Counted from the stretch's first letter, positions 30,538 through 42,415 are shown. The stretch: DNA of 64,000 nucleotides from Alphaproteobacteria bacterium (GCA_018650465.1 JABIFY010000035.1:45526-109525), one strand, 5' to 3'. Notes: generated by a model not told the origin, from the letters alone. Numbers and translations: made by a program.

Positions 30538-32163
30538 TCAGGTCCGCACAACACCACTGGTGTCAGCACGAAGTTCAAAGGCTGCGGCCATCAAGGCGCG
30601 GGTATAATCGGTTTGCGGGGTATCGAAAATTTGATTCGAGCTGCCTTGCTCGACGACCTTGCCATCGCGCATGACGATGACCTCGTCAGACAGGGCTCGC
30701 ACCACGCGCAGGTCATGACTGATGAACAAATAGGCCAGGTCATGGTCGCGCTGTAGTTGACGCAACAGATCAACGATTTGCGCCTGGACCGACATATCCA
30801 GAGCCGATGTAGGTTCGTCCAGGACCACAAAGCGCGGCTTCAGAACCATGGCGCGGGCAATGGCGACGCGCTGGCGCTGGCCACCGGAAAACTCATGCGG
30901 GTAACGATCCATGGTTTCTGGATCAAGACCTACTTCGATCAGGGTTTGGGCGATCAGGGTCCGGCGCTGGTCATAGTCGCCACCCAGGTCATGCACCAGT
31001 AAACCTTCTTCTATGATTTGGGCAATGGACAGGCGTGGGCTGAGGCTGGCGAAGGGGTCCTGAAAGACCACCTGCATTTCCCGGCGCAGGGGCTGCAAGG
31101 TTTTGAAGCTCTCACCCTGAATAGATTTACCGTCAAACTCGATGGGGCCTACGCTTTTGATCAAGCGTAACAAGGCCATGGCGAGGGTGGATTTGCCCGA
31201 GCCGCTTTCACCCACAACGCCGACTGTGTGACCGGCCTTGACGGTGACATCGATGCCGTCCACGGCCTTCACATAATCCACCGTGCGCTGGAAAATACCG
31301 CGCTTGATAGGGAACCAGACTTTCAGGTCGCGTGCCTGCATGACCGTGGCCGCATCTGCGGTGGCGGCAGCGGCGCGCCCGCCAGGCTCGGCGGCCATCA
31401 ACATGCGGGTATAGTCGTGGCGCGGATTGTCGAAGACGGCCTCGACCGTGCCACTTTCGACGATCTCACCGTCTTTCATCACCGCCACATCGTGGGCCAT
31501 ATGGCGCACGACGCCCAGGTCATGGGTGATCAGAAGGATGGCCATCCCCAGCCGCGCCTGCAGGTCTTTTAACAGGGCCAGAAGCTGCGCCTGGATTGTG
31601 ACATCGACAGCCGTGGTTGGCTCGTCCGCGATCAGTAAATCAGGCTCGTTGGCCAGGGCCATGGCGATCATCACGCGCTGCCGCTGACCACCAGAGAGCT
31701 GGTGCGGATAGGCATCCAGCCGGGCCTCGGCATCAGCCAGGCCGACCAGGTCCAGTAGTTCCAGGGTGCGGGCGCGGGCCTGTGTTTTGGACAGGCCCTG
31801 ATGCAGGAACAACACCTCGTTAACCTGGCGTTCAATGGAATGCAGCGGGTTCAGCGACGTCATGGGTTCCTGGAAAACCATGGAAATCTTGTTGCCGCGA
31901 ATTCCCCGCATCTCACGCTGGCTGGCCCCGATGACTTCTTTGCCGTCCACCAGGATGGAACCAGAGGGATGACTGGCATAGGGGTAGGGCAGCAATTGCA
32001 GGATCGACAGGGCCGAGACAGATTTACCCGATCCGCTTTCACCGACAATGGCCATGGTTTGGCCTCGTTCGATGTTGAAGGAAATACCTTTGACCGCAGC
32101 GACCTCGTGACCGGGGCGGCCAAAATTGACCGACAGGTTTTTGACCTCGACGAATTTCTTCAT
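30538..32163 (-). CDS. yejF: Peptide/microcin-type ABC transporter, fused double ATPase
   Basis: 541-aa ORF. Two Walker A sites (GESGSGKS twice) and two LSGGQRQR signatures. Operon with two permeases and SBPs. Confidence 0.8.
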   Translation of the reverse strand: MKKFVEVKNLSVNFGRPGHEVAAVKGISFNIERGQTMAIVGESGSGKSVSALSILQLLPYPYASHPSGSILVDGKEVIGASQREMRGIRGNKISMVFQEPMTSLNPLHSIERQVNEVLFLHQGLSKTQARARTLELLDLVGLADAEARLDAYPHQLSGGQRQRVMIAMALANEPDLLIADEPTTAVDVTIQAQLLALLKDLQARLGMAILLITHDLGVVRHMAHDVAVMKDGEIVESGTVEAVFDNPRHDYTRMLMAAEPGGRAAAATADAATVMQARDLKVWFPIKRGIFQRTVDYVKAVDGIDVTVKAGHTVGVVGESGSGKSTLAMALLRLIKSVGPIEFDGKSIQGESFKTLQPLRREMQVVFQDPFASLSPRLSIAQIIEEGLLVHDLGGDYDQRRTLIAQTLIEVGLDPETMDRYPHEFSGGQRQRVAIARAMVLKPRFVVLDEPTSALDMSVQAQIVDLLRQLQRDHDLAYLFISHDLRVVRALSDEVIVMRDGKVVEQGSSNQIFDTPQTDYTRALMAAAFELRADTSGVVRT

Positions 32164-33221
32164 GTCAAAGTCTTTCGCGGATCAAAAGCATCGCGCACGG
32201 CTTCACCAACAAAGATCAACAGGGTCAACATCACCGCGATCACCATAAAGCCTGAAATGCCCAGCCACGGGGCCTGAAGATTGGCCTTGCCCTGAGCTAA
32301 CAATTCCCCCAGGGATGCCGAGCCCGGCGGCAGGCCAAAGCCCAGAAAATCCAGCGACGTCAGGGTGGTGATTGAGCCGTTGAGGATAAACGGCAAGAAG
32401 GTCACAGTGGCCACCATGGCGTTGGGCAACAGGTGTTTATACATGATGGTGATGTTGCTGACGCCCAGCGCACGGGCGGCGCGGACATATTCAAAATTTC
32501 GCGCCCTCAGGAATTCCGCGCGCACGACACCCACCAGGGCCATCCAGGAAAACAGCAGCATAATGGTCAACAAAGTCCAGAAGCCGGGCACGATCATACT
32601 GGCCATGATGATCAACAAATAAAGCACGGGCAGCCCGGACCAGACTTCGATGAACCGTTGGAATAATAAATCCGTGCGTCCGCCGAAATAACCCTGGATA
32701 CCGCCAGCCGCGATCCCCACGACAGACGAAATCACGGTCAGGATCAAACCAAACAGAATGGAAATACGAAAACCATAGATCAGGCGGGCAACCACATCGC
32801 GACCCTGATCATCGGTGCCCAGCAGGTTTTCTGTTGAAGGCGGGGCCGGGGCGGGAACGGGTAATTCCAGATTGATGGTGTCATAGGAATAACGAATGGG
32901 CGGCCAGAGGATCCAGCCTTTTGCCAGAATTTGTTCTTCCACAAAGGGATCGCGATATTCAGCCTCAGTTTCAAAATCACCACCAAATTTTGTTTCCGGG
33001 TAACTGACCAGAACCGGAAAATGCAGTGCGCCGTCATAGGACAGCATGATCGGTTTGTCATTGGCGATCAGCTCGGCAAACAGGCTGAAGACAAACAGGA
33101 TCAGGAACAGCCACAGGGACCACCAGCCCCGACGGTTGGCACGGAAACTTGCCAGCCTGCGACGGGTTAACGGTGTGATGCGCAGGCCAAACCATTTGTT
33201 GTTTACGGGTGCGCGGCTCAT
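32160..33221 (-). CDS. yejE: ABC transporter permease (DppC/OppC-like)
   Basis: 353-aa ORF, multi-TM, with the EAA-type loop [10 protein letters not shown]. 4-nt overlaps with neighbours. Confidence 0.8.
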   Translation of the reverse strand: MSRAPVNNKWFGLRITPLTRRRLASFRANRRGWWSLWLFLILFVFSLFAELIANDKPIMLSYDGALHFPVLVSYPETKFGGDFETEAEYRDPFVEEQILAKGWILWPPIRYSYDTINLELPVPAPAPPSTENLLGTDDQGRDVVARLIYGFRISILFGLILTVISSVVGIAAGGIQGYFGGRTDLLFQRFIEVWSGLPVLYLLIIMASMIVPGFWTLLTIMLLFSWMALVGVVRAEFLRARNFEYVRAARALGVSNITIMYKHLLPNAMVATVTFLPFILNGSITTLTSLDFLGFGLPPGSASLGELLAQGKANLQAPWLGISGFMVIAVMLTLLIFVGEAVRDAFDPRKTLT

Positions 33222-34330
33222 CCCACATCCCGCCCTTCAAAGTCAATGCGTGGATCGATGAGTACATACATCAAATCACCGATCAGGTTCATGACCAGGC
33301 CCAGCAAAGTAAAGAAAAACAGAGTGCCGAAGACGACAGGGTAATCCCGCGCCAGGGCCGCTTCGAAGCCCAACAGGCCGAGACCGTCCAGCGAAAAAAT
33401 GACCTCGATCAACAAAGACCCCGTAAACAGGATACCGAGGAATGCTGAGGGGAAACCGGCAATGACGATCAACATGGCGTTGCGGAAAATATGGCCATAC
33501 AAAACTCGGTTTTCACTCAGGCCTTTGGCGCGCGCCGTCAGCACATATTGTTTATTGATTTCTTCGATGAAGGAATTTTTGGTTAGCATGGTCAAAGTGG
33601 CAAATCCACCAATGACCATGGCAATGACAGGCAAAGTAATGTGCCATAGATAATCCAGGATTTTATCGACAGTGGACAGGCTGTTCCAGTTTTCCGACGT
33701 CAATCCACGCAAGGGGAAAACGTCCCAATAACTGCCCCCGGCAAACAGCACGATCAACAAGACCGCGAACAAAAATCCGGGAATTGCATTGCCAACGATG
33801 ACCACGGCACTGGAGGCCACATCAAAGCGTGACCCATCCCGCACGGCCTTGGCCACGCCCAGGGGAATGGAAATCAGATACACCAGGATCGTGGTCCAAA
33901 GCCCTAAGGATATAGACACCGGCATTTTATCAAGCACCAGGTCTACTACCGCCCGGTCGCGGAAATAGCTGTCGCCAAAATCAAACTGCACATAGTTTTT
34001 CATCATCATCCAGAAACGTTCATGCACCGGCTTGTCAAAGCCATACAGCTGTTCGATTTCCTTGATGAATTCCGGGTCTAACCCTTGGGCCCCGCGATAC
34101 TTGGCAACACCGCCGGAACTGGTAGCAGACTGGGAGTTTTGTGACGAGGTTTCCCCCCGGTCGGCCCCACCAATACGGGCCGTGGCATCCACGGCTGTAC
34201 CGCTGATCTGGGCAATCATCTGCTCAACCGGGCCACCCGGGGCCAGTTGAATAATGAAGAAGTTCAACACCATAATCCCGAACAAGGTCGGGATTATCAG
34301 CGCCAGACGTCTGATGATATAGGCGAGCAT
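33218..34330 (-). CDS. yejB: ABC transporter permease (DppB/OppB-like)
   Basis: 370-aa ORF beginning [37 protein letters not shown], with TARAKGLSE loop. Confidence 0.8.
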   Translation of the reverse strand: MLAYIIRRLALIIPTLFGIMVLNFFIIQLAPGGPVEQMIAQISGTAVDATARIGGADRGETSSQNSQSATSSGGVAKYRGAQGLDPEFIKEIEQLYGFDKPVHERFWMMMKNYVQFDFGDSYFRDRAVVDLVLDKMPVSISLGLWTTILVYLISIPLGVAKAVRDGSRFDVASSAVVIVGNAIPGFLFAVLLIVLFAGGSYWDVFPLRGLTSENWNSLSTVDKILDYLWHITLPVIAMVIGGFATLTMLTKNSFIEEINKQYVLTARAKGLSENRVLYGHIFRNAMLIVIAGFPSAFLGILFTGSLLIEVIFSLDGLGLLGFEAALARDYPVVFGTLFFFTLLGLVMNLIGDLMYVLIDPRIDFEGRDVG

Positions 34331-34333
34331 CGG

Positions 34334-36181
34334 TTAGTTATCGCCCTTCTGCATCTTGTCCTTCAAGGCTTCAGCTTTGGCCGCATCAAACCACCAGGTA
34401 TCCATGAACCCTAATACATATTTTGGCTTAACCTTTGGGCGGCTGAATTTGTCCCAATAGGCCAGGTTGTGGGTGGCGTTAAACCATTCCGGAATGATGT
34501 AATGGTTGGCCAGCAAAACCCGGTCCAGGGTGCGGGCCGCCAGGGTCAGTGATTGGCGGTCCGCGGCACTTGTAATGCGTTTCAGTAATTCATCTATTAC
34601 CGGATCGCTCAAGCCAGAATAATTCACACTGCCGTCTTGATCTGCCGAGGCTGATCCCCAGAAATTACGCTCGGATATGCCCGGCGTGGCAGATGTGCCA
34701 AAGGCCGCAGTTGTGACATCAAAATCAAAAGTTTGCATACGGTAGGTATATTGCGCCGTATCCACGATGCGCATGCTGGCCTGAATGCCAAGCCGTTTGA
34801 GGTTCTTGACGATGGGGGCGAGGATGCGTTCAAAGGAAGGTGAAAAGGTCAGGATTTCAATTTCCAGAACCTTGCCATGTTTGTCGGTCAGCTTGCCGTC
34901 GATGATTTTCCAGCCGCCCTGGCTTAATCTCTTTTTGGCCCGACGCAGGTTCTTGCGCAAACCGCTGCCCTCACCAGGCGGCTGATAAACAGCCGTGCGA
35001 ATGGACGTGGGGATTTTTCCCTTGATGGATTTCAGCAATTTCTTTTCGGCATCGTTTGGCAAGGATCGTGCAGCCATATCGGTGTTCTGAAACAAACTTA
35101 AGGATCGACTGTAGGCACCATAAAACAGGTTTTTGTTGGTCCATGCAAAATCAAAGGCCAGTGCAAAAGCTTCCCGCACCCGGATATCCTGGAATTTTTC
35201 ACGTCGCAAATTCAGGACAAAGTACTGACGCGATGCCGGGGCCAGGTTTGGCACGCTCTCCTTGATGACCCAGCCATTTTTGACAGCGGGAAACTTGTAG
35301 CCTGTGGCCCAGTTTTTTGAATAAAAATCTTCACGAAAATCATATTCACGGCTTTTGAAGGCTTGCATTGAAACCGTGCGATCACGGTAAAAATCAAACT
35401 GCATCTTGTCGAAATTAAAGCGCCCCACATTAACGGGCAGGTCTTTGGCCCAGTAGTCGGCTACGCGCTCATACACCAAAGTGCGACCTTGATCGATGCG
35501 TCCAATACGATAGGGGCCGGATGTCAGCGGTGGCGTCAGCGTGGTTTTGTTGAACGGGACCGCGGCGTAATAAGCTTTGGACAGGATCGGCAACCCGGCG
35601 ACAAAGGCAGGCAAGTCTCGGGTAACCACACCGTCGCGAAATCTGTAACGAATTTTGTGGGGGCCAGAGGCGGTGACGGCTTCGACATCTTTCAGGTTGA
35701 TGCGATAGCCCGGAATGCCTTCGGTCTTTAAGGTGTTGAAACTGTAAATCAGATCAGCCGTCGTGATCGGGCTTCCGTCATGAAAACGGGCCTCGGGTCG
35801 TAAAACAAACTCCACCCACTGCTTGTCGGGGTCAACATCAACAGATTTCGCGACCAGGCCATACATGGCGTCAGCCTCGTCAGCCGCCGATACCATTAAT
35901 GTATCGTATGGCAGAGACTGGGCCACGGCCGCCATGCCGCGTAGTTTCACACCCTTGATGATGAAGGGGTTCAGGTTATCAAAAGTGCCAATATCACGAA
36001 GCTTTACGGTCCCACCCTTGGGGGCTTGCGGATTGACGTAATCAAAATGTTTAAAGTCTGCCGGATATTTCAGGTCCCCAAAGGTCGACAGCCCATGCCG
36101 TGGTTCAGCTTCCACCGCGCCAGAAAGCAGCGCCAGGCATAAGCCAGGCATCGCTAATCCAGTGCGCAATCGCGGCATCAC
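34334..36181 (-). CDS. yejA: Family 5 extracellular solute-binding protein (YejA-like), copy 1
   Basis: 615-aa ORF with a signal peptide, clearly paralogous to the next gene (e.g. FKHFDYVNP..APKGGTV / FKHFDYVNPDAAKGGTV). Confidence 0.8.
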   Translation of the reverse strand: MMPRLRTGLAMPGLCLALLSGAVEAEPRHGLSTFGDLKYPADFKHFDYVNPQAPKGGTVKLRDIGTFDNLNPFIIKGVKLRGMAAVAQSLPYDTLMVSAADEADAMYGLVAKSVDVDPDKQWVEFVLRPEARFHDGSPITTADLIYSFNTLKTEGIPGYRINLKDVEAVTASGPHKIRYRFRDGVVTRDLPAFVAGLPILSKAYYAAVPFNKTTLTPPLTSGPYRIGRIDQGRTLVYERVADYWAKDLPVNVGRFNFDKMQFDFYRDRTVSMQAFKSREYDFREDFYSKNWATGYKFPAVKNGWVIKESVPNLAPASRQYFVLNLRREKFQDIRVREAFALAFDFAWTNKNLFYGAYSRSLSLFQNTDMAARSLPNDAEKKLLKSIKGKIPTSIRTAVYQPPGEGSGLRKNLRRAKKRLSQGGWKIIDGKLTDKHGKVLEIEILTFSPSFERILAPIVKNLKRLGIQASMRIVDTAQYTYRMQTFDFDVTTAAFGTSATPGISERNFWGSASADQDGSVNYSGLSDPVIDELLKRITSAADRQSLTLAARTLDRVLLANHYIIPEWFNATHNLAYWDKFSRPKVKPKYVLGFMDTWWFDAAKAEALKDKMQKGDN

Positions 36182-38019
36182 TTTTTCTTGCGGCCCATGG
36201 CCGTATTCAAGGCGTCATCTTTCTGTCCATCGATCCACCAGCTGTAGAAACCCACGCCGTATTTCGGGGCCGTGTCCGGGCGACCAAAGCGATCCCAAAA
36301 AGCCAGGCGGTAGGACTGCACATGCCACTGGGGCACGACGTAATGACCCCACAGCAACACCCGGTCCAGGGCACGGGTGACGGCGACCAGTTCTTCGCGG
36401 GTTGGGGCGGCGATAATTTTGTCGATCAGCTCATCCACCGCCGGGTCGTTGATACCAATGAAGTTGCGGCTGCCCTTGGTATTCGCATTAGCTGAGGACC
36501 AGAAATTGCGCTGTTCGTTCCCCGGCGACAGGGACTGGCCGAAGGTGAAAACAATAGAGTCAAAGTCAAAATCGTTTAACCGGTTTTGGTATTGCGCCGA
36601 ATCAACAATGCGCAAACGGGCCTCTATCCCCAAGCGCTTCAGGTTCTTGACCATGGGCTGCATGATGCGCTCGAAGGCCGGGCTGACCAGCAGCACTTCC
36701 ATTTCAAAAACCTTGCCCGCCCCATTGGTCAGCTTGCCACTCTTGATGGTCCAACCCGCCGTCGCCAACAATTTTTTGGCCGAGCGCAGGTTCTGGCGCA
36801 AGGCACCCTTTTTGTCGTTCACGGGCACGGTATATTCTGTGGTGAAAATCTCTTCAGGGATTTTGCCGCGTAAAGGCTCCAGATATTTCAGTTCCGCCGC
36901 GTCCGGCAATCCACTGGATGCCAGGTCCGAATTGGAGAAATAACTTTTGGTGCGCGTATATTGACCATAGAACAGGTTTTTGTTGGTCCATTCAAAATCA
37001 AAGGCATAGGCCAGCGCCCGGCGCACTTTTGCATCGGAAAAAATCTCCCGTCGGGAATTAAATACAAGCCCCTGCATGCCCGTGGGGTTCTGGTTGCGGA
37101 CCTCCTGCTTTTTGAACAAACCCTTTTCCAGGGATTTGGACTGATACCCTGTGGCCCAGACCTTGGAGGTGTTCTCCTGGCGGAAATCATATTCGCGGGA
37201 TTTGAAGGCTTCCAGGGCCACGGTGCTGTCGCGATAATAATCAATACGAATGGTATCGAAATTATACTGACCCTTGTTCACACCCAGGTCCTTGCCCCAA
37301 TAATCCTTGACCCGTTCATAGGTAATGCTGCGACCCGCATCGAGCTCCTTGATACGATAGGGACCTGACCCCAGGGGTGGCTCCAGCGTCGTCTTTTCAA
37401 ATTCGTGTTTGCTGTAATAGGCCTTGGAAATGATCGGCAGCTGGCTGGTGATATGCGGTAACTCACGGTTAAGATCACCGGAAAAGGAAAACTTTACCTG
37501 GCGCCCACCAACTTTTTCCGCTTTGGCCAGGCTTTTGAAATAGGCCCGGTAAAAGGGGTGGCCCTTGGCCTTGATCGTCTCGAAGGAAAAGATCACATCT
37601 TCGACGGTCAAAGGCGTGCCATCGTGCCAGCGCGCCCGTGCATCCAGGGTATAGATCACCCAGGAAAAATCGTCCGGCACCTCAACCGATTCCGCCAGGT
37701 GGGCGTAGGTTGATCCAGGCTCGTCCGAAGATGATGACATCAGGCTGTCATACATCAGCCCCAAACTACCCGCGCTCGCACCTTTCAGGATAAAGGGGTT
37801 CAGAGAATCATAACCACCTATGGCTGACAGGCGCACCGTGCCGCCCTTGGCGGCGTCCGGGTTCACGTAATCAAAATGCTTGAAGCCCTTGGGGTATTTC
37901 AGATCACCATGCAATGACGAGCCATGGCTGACCGTCGAGCCTGCCATTGCCGCAGATCCTGTCAGCAGGCCAATTACGGCGCCAACGGCAACAAAACTAA
38001 ATACCGCATGTTTGATCAT
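36178..38019 (-). CDS. Family 5 extracellular solute-binding protein (YejA-like), copy 2
   Basis: The track ORF extends to 38064. I prefer the ATG at 38019 (MIKHAVFSFVAVGAV..., signal peptide), with aagggg 6 nt upstream. Confidence 0.8.
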   Translation of the reverse strand: MIKHAVFSFVAVGAVIGLLTGSAAMAGSTVSHGSSLHGDLKYPKGFKHFDYVNPDAAKGGTVRLSAIGGYDSLNPFILKGASAGSLGLMYDSLMSSSSDEPGSTYAHLAESVEVPDDFSWVIYTLDARARWHDGTPLTVEDVIFSFETIKAKGHPFYRAYFKSLAKAEKVGGRQVKFSFSGDLNRELPHITSQLPIISKAYYSKHEFEKTTLEPPLGSGPYRIKELDAGRSITYERVKDYWGKDLGVNKGQYNFDTIRIDYYRDSTVALEAFKSREYDFRQENTSKVWATGYQSKSLEKGLFKKQEVRNQNPTGMQGLVFNSRREIFSDAKVRRALAYAFDFEWTNKNLFYGQYTRTKSYFSNSDLASSGLPDAAELKYLEPLRGKIPEEIFTTEYTVPVNDKKGALRQNLRSAKKLLATAGWTIKSGKLTNGAGKVFEMEVLLVSPAFERIMQPMVKNLKRLGIEARLRIVDSAQYQNRLNDFDFDSIVFTFGQSLSPGNEQRNFWSSANANTKGSRNFIGINDPAVDELIDKIIAAPTREELVAVTRALDRVLLWGHYVVPQWHVQSYRLAFWDRFGRPDTAPKYGVGFYSWWIDGQKDDALNTAMGRKKK

Positions 38020-38133
38020 GAACATCCCCTTGATTAAAGGTGATTTTGCGCCACCTGGCCCCACAGGTGCAAGGTCTGGAGCCGAAATCAGCAGTAAATG
38101 TTATGTGTTGGGAAAGTGGCCGAATTAAGGAAT

Positions 38134-38946
38134 TCAGCCCGCCAAAATCCTTAAAGTCTCGGCATGGGTGGCAACATCTCCGGCGGCGACGATAGTGTTT
38201 TCGCCGTCGAGGGTTTTTGCCCGGCCCGACCAGTCGGTGACGATACCACCGGCATTTTCGATCACCGGCACCACAGCGCAATAATCATATTCGTTCAAAC
38301 CGGCTTCGACGATCAAATCAATATGGCCTGACGACAGGATGGCGAAGGCGTAACAGTCGGTGCCGTACCGGGTCATATGGGCGGTGTCTTCCACGCGCTG
38401 ATATTGGCTCAGGCGCTCGCCCTCGAAATATTCCGGTGAGGTGGTGAACATTATGGCATCCGAAACCGACGGGCAGGACCGCACGTGGGCGGGCTGGCCA
38501 TTGAAGGTCGTGCCATGACCGGGTGCACCCATCCAGCGTTCACCGGAAATGGCCTGGTCGATGACACCCATCCAGGGGCGATGAATATCGCCATCTTTTT
38601 GCGCGAGGCCGATCAGCGTGCCAAAAAGCGGTACGCCTGAAATAAAGGATTTGGTGCCGTCGATGGGGTCGAGATACCAGACATATTCTGCATTGCCCCG
38701 GACGGTGCCGTGTTCTTCGCCCATGATGCCATGGTCGGGATACGTGGCCTCGATCAGGTCACGCATGACACGCTCAGACTGGCGGTCAGCAATGGTCACC
38801 GGGCTTTCGTCGGCCTTGGTGATAATGTCGAAAGGTTGGCGAAAATATTGTCGAATCACCTCGCCCGCTGCATCGGCAAGGCGCCCGGCAAATTCAATAA
38901 GTTCAGGTGGGCAAGGTGCCGCGTCGCGAGACGTATGAGGAGCCAC
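38134..38946 (-). CDS. Inositol monophosphatase family protein (possibly histidinol-phosphatase HisN-type)
   Basis: 270-aa ORF. GEEHG, WYLDPIDGTKSF, and a later aspartate-containing segment (YDYCA) that may be the second IMPase motif. Confidence 0.8.
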   Translation of the reverse strand: MAPHTSRDAAPCPPELIEFAGRLADAAGEVIRQYFRQPFDIITKADESPVTIADRQSERVMRDLIEATYPDHGIMGEEHGTVRGNAEYVWYLDPIDGTKSFISGVPLFGTLIGLAQKDGDIHRPWMGVIDQAISGERWMGAPGHGTTFNGQPAHVRSCPSVSDAIMFTTSPEYFEGERLSQYQRVEDTAHMTRYGTDCYAFAILSSGHIDLIVEAGLNEYDYCAVVPVIENAGGIVTDWSGRAKTLDGENTIVAAGDVATHAETLRILAG

Positions 38947-38980
38947 TTGTCCGTTTTCCGGCCTAATTAACCGACGTCGC

Positions 38981-39496
38981 TCAGCTGCCGCTGAGGAACT
39001 TGATGACGTTGGCGCGATCCTTGCCTTTTTTCAGGCCGGGGAAGGACATTTTATTGCCCTTGGCAAAAACTTTTGGCTTGGTCAGGAAAGCGTTCAGGTC
39101 CTCAACCGTCCATTTACCACCCAGAGCTTTGAGGGCTGCGGAATAGCTGTATCCGGCGGCTGCGGCTTTGTCGCGACCAACAATGTTAAAGAGATTGGGG
39201 CCAACCTTGTTTTTGCCACCCTCGGCAAAGGAATGGCATGCGGCGCATTTCTTCGAGACCTTGGCACCGGCACCAGTGTCTGCTGCGGCCATCAGGCTCG
39301 CAAACGAAGGGCCTTCGGGTGCTGCGTCAGCCTTGGCGGCTTTGGCAGGCGCTTCTTCGGCTACTTCAACCGGGAAGGCAATCTTGTCGGGATTATTGGG
39401 GTGGATGGCCGCGTCGCCAAACATGTTGACGAGGTAAACCAGTAGAACGGAAGCCAGCACAGCACCGGCGTATTTGTTAAATTGGAAGGAATCCAT
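38981..39496 (-). CDS. Membrane-anchored class I cytochrome c (CycM-like)
   Basis: The track ORF extends to 39574. I prefer the ATG at 39496 (MDSFQFNKYAGAVLASVLLVYLV, a TM anchor). CAACH haem motif and KMSFPGLKK. Confidence 0.8.
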   Translation of the reverse strand: MDSFQFNKYAGAVLASVLLVYLVNMFGDAAIHPNNPDKIAFPVEVAEEAPAKAAKADAAPEGPSFASLMAAADTGAGAKVSKKCAACHSFAEGGKNKVGPNLFNIVGRDKAAAAGYSYSAALKALGGKWTVEDLNAFLTKPKVFAKGNKMSFPGLKKGKDRANVIKFLSGS

Positions 39497-39661
39497 CGTA
39501 ATATCCAGCGCTTGAGTATGTCTGACGCGGGCCTGAATTATCAGGCTGGTTAGACGTAAATAAATTCGGCGCAAGATTAGCGGCTTCCCGCCGTCCCGCG
39601 CAACCCGTATAAAGGCCGTAATCCACCTTGTTAAATACGGTTATTACAGGAAAAAGCCCCT

Positions 39662-40408
39662 ATGGCGAGTCATCGAAGCATAATTGTCATTCCGGCCCGC
39701 ATGGCGTCCATGCGCCTGCCCGGCAAGCCCCTGGCTGATATCGGCGGTGATGCCATGATTGTACATGTCTTGCGCCGGGCAGAAGAGGCTGATCTGGGGC
39801 CTGTCATTGTGGCCTGCGCCGAAGATGAAATCGCCGAGGTTGTGACCCGTGCCGGTGGCACCGCCATTTTGACGGACCCGGCCCATGCATCCGGGTCAGA
39901 CCGGGTGTTTGAAGCTTTGAACAAAGTCGATCCCGATGGCGATTATAACGCCGTCATTAATTTGCAGGGCGATTTGCCCCTGATTGACCCGGCGGCGATC
40001 CGGGCTGCTCTCGCTCCCCTGGATGATCCGGATGTGGATATCGCGACGCTGGGCTGTGTGATTACGGATGAAGAAGAAAAGACAAATCCAAATGTTGTGA
40101 AGATTGTATTGTCTGGCGAAGAAGGTGCCGGACAAGGGCGGGCGCTCTATTTTACCCGTGCCACGGCCCCAACCGGAGAGGGTGATCTCTGGCACCATAT
40201 CGGCATATATGCTTATCGCCGGGCGGCCCTGGCGAAATTTGTTGATTTGCCGCCGTCACCGCTTGAAAAACGAGAACGCCTCGAACAATTGCGGGCCCTG
40301 GAGGCGGGTATGCGGGTGGATGTGGCCCTCGTTGACACGGTTCCTTTCGGCGTTGATACTCCCGCCGATCTTGAACGCGCCCGCGCCTTGTATGCGGCGC
40401 GCACCTGA
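39662..40408 (+). CDS. kdsB: 3-deoxy-manno-octulosonate cytidylyltransferase
   Basis: 248-aa [41 protein letters not shown]. Confidence 0.9.
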   Translation: MASHRSIIVIPARMASMRLPGKPLADIGGDAMIVHVLRRAEEADLGPVIVACAEDEIAEVVTRAGGTAILTDPAHASGSDRVFEALNKVDPDGDYNAVINLQGDLPLIDPAAIRAALAPLDDPDVDIATLGCVITDEEEKTNPNVVKIVLSGEEGAGQGRALYFTRATAPTGEGDLWHHIGIYAYRRAALAKFVDLPPSPLEKRERLEQLRALEAGMRVDVALVDTVPFGVDTPADLERARALYAART

Positions 40409-40439
40409 ATACCCCGAATAATCTGAAAAATATTGAATC

Positions 40440-41312
40440 ATGAGCCAGCAAGAAACGACCGCCGATCCGGCCCGCACCATTTCCTTTCAGGGCGCACCCG
40501 GTGCCTATTCCCATCTGGCCTGCCGCAAGGCCTTTCCAGAATATGATGCCTTGGCTTGCCCGACTTTTGAGGACGCCTTTGCTGCCGTGAGCGAAGGTCG
40601 TGCCGCCCGGGCCATGATCCCCATCGATAATTCGGTGGCCGGGCGCGTGGCTGACATCCACCATCTGATGCCGGAATCCGGCCTTTATATCATTGGTGAG
40701 CATTTTCAGGCCGTGAACCATCAGTTGTTGGTCGTGCCCGGCACCAAACTGGAAGATATCGAAGCCGTCCACAGCCATATCCACGCCATCGGTCAGACCC
40801 GCAAGACACTGCTCGGCTTAGGCCTGTCACCCCGCATTCATGCGGATACGGCAGGGTCTGCCCGCGATGTTGCTAAATGGGCCGATCCGGCGCATGCCTC
40901 TGTGGCCTCGACCCTGGCCGCAGAAATCTATGGCCTGGAAATCCTGAAATCAGACATCGAAGACGCCGGGCACAACACCACCCGCTTTGTGGTGCTGTCG
41001 ACGGAACCGGTTCAGGCAGCACCCGATCCCGGCAAGGTCATGACAACCTTTGTCTTCAATGTGCGTAACGTTCCCGCCGCCTTGTACAAAGCCATGGGCG
41101 GGTTTGCCACCAATGGCGTCAACATGGTCAAGCTGGAGAGTTATCAACTTGGCGGATCTTTTAATGCGACGCAGTTTTATGCCGACATCATCGGTCACCC
41201 GGAAGACAAGTCCGTGCGCCTGGCCCTGGAAGAACTGGAATTTTTCACCAGCCGCATCAAGATCATGGGGGTCTATCCCATGGCGCCTTTCCGCGACAAC
41301 GACGACTACTGA
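40440..41312 (+). CDS. pheA: Prephenate dehydratase
   Basis: 290-aa ORF. ISFQGAPGAYSH, TRF, ESRP-like region and C-terminal ACT domain. Confidence 0.9.
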   Translation: MSQQETTADPARTISFQGAPGAYSHLACRKAFPEYDALACPTFEDAFAAVSEGRAARAMIPIDNSVAGRVADIHHLMPESGLYIIGEHFQAVNHQLLVVPGTKLEDIEAVHSHIHAIGQTRKTLLGLGLSPRIHADTAGSARDVAKWADPAHASVASTLAAEIYGLEILKSDIEDAGHNTTRFVVLSTEPVQAAPDPGKVMTTFVFNVRNVPAALYKAMGGFATNGVNMVKLESYQLGGSFNATQFYADIIGHPEDKSVRLALEELEFFTSRIKIMGVYPMAPFRDNDDY

Positions 41313-41331
41313 TCTGTTTCCAACAGCTTAT

Positions 41332-42300
41332 CTATTCAGTTTCTAAAAGCCAGGCTCTGATCAGGTGATGAGCGATGGCGATGGGGTGGGGCATGCGGAA
41401 CAGGCCGTCACCTGGCGGTGAATTGATCGACCGCTCCAGGGCTTCTCTAATTTCATCGCGGCTGAACCAGCCCGCGGTTTCCAACTCTTCTTCATCGATA
41501 GTGATATCTTCTGAAATGGCTTCAGCGATACAGCCCATCATCAAAGACGAGGGAAATGGCCAGGGTTGCGAAAACATATAGCGCACCGTTGACGTTTTGA
41601 TGCCGCTTTCTTCCATCACTTCGCGGCGCACGGCATCTTCGATGGTCTCGCCCGGTTCAATAAAACCGGCCAGGGCCGAATACATACCCGGCGGGAACAT
41701 GGCCTTGCGGCCCAGCAAACATTTGTCGCCTTTGACCACCAACATGATCGAAACCGGGTCTGTGCGCGGGAAATGCTGGGTTTTGCAGTCTGGACAAACC
41801 CGTGTGTTGCCGGCAGCAGCTGGATCGGTTTTGCTGCCGCAATTGGCGCAGAAACGGTGGCGATTGTGCCAGTCCAGCACTGAACGGGCATGGGCCAACA
41901 CCCCGGCCTCGTGCCCCGACAATTGCGAGGCAACAGTCCGCACATCCATAAACTTGCCACGTCCCTGCAACGGGCCGTCGCCTGCGGGATCGCGTTCGTC
42001 GTCCAGAGTGATTGCAAAGCGCGGGATTTCGTCATCCAGACCCAGAAACAGCAATTCACTGTCATCGGGGCAGTAATAACGCAATTGCTTCAAGGGTTGC
42101 CAGGCCAACATGGGTTCAATTTCCACATCGATAAGGCCGCGCAAGTCCCACAGGGGCAAAACAGACGCATCTTTGTGGCTTTTAAAGGCTTCGATTGCTG
42201 CATCGTCCTGGCGCAGAAGCGCTGCCCGGTCGAGCTGATTGCCGCCAAATATGATCGGGTCGTCGGGTGAAGGTATATCCATGGCGACGAACACTGCCAT
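41332..42300 (-). CDS. nudC: NAD+ diphosphatase (Nudix, NudC-like with zinc ribbon)
   Basis: 322-aa ORF. CANCGSKT...CPDCKTQHFPR zinc ribbon and Nudix box GFIEPGETIEDAVRREVMEESG. Start uncertain; ATG at 42282 is also possible. Confidence 0.85.
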   Translation of the reverse strand: MAVFVAMDIPSPDDPIIFGGNQLDRAALLRQDDAAIEAFKSHKDASVLPLWDLRGLIDVEIEPMLAWQPLKQLRYYCPDDSELLFLGLDDEIPRFAITLDDERDPAGDGPLQGRGKFMDVRTVASQLSGHEAGVLAHARSVLDWHNRHRFCANCGSKTDPAAAGNTRVCPDCKTQHFPRTDPVSIMLVVKGDKCLLGRKAMFPPGMYSALAGFIEPGETIEDAVRREVMEESGIKTSTVRYMFSQPWPFPSSLMMGCIAEAISEDITIDEEELETAGWFSRDEIREALERSINSPPGDGLFRMPHPIAIAHHLIRAWLLETE

Positions 42301-42415
42301 AGCTTGGGTATTTGAGCAATTGCGACCACCAGATATAGATTGATATCACTGACTTTTGATAAGCTGCACAACAGGGCTTGCGCCGAAGGGAAAATTACCT
42401 GATATAGTGTCCTTC

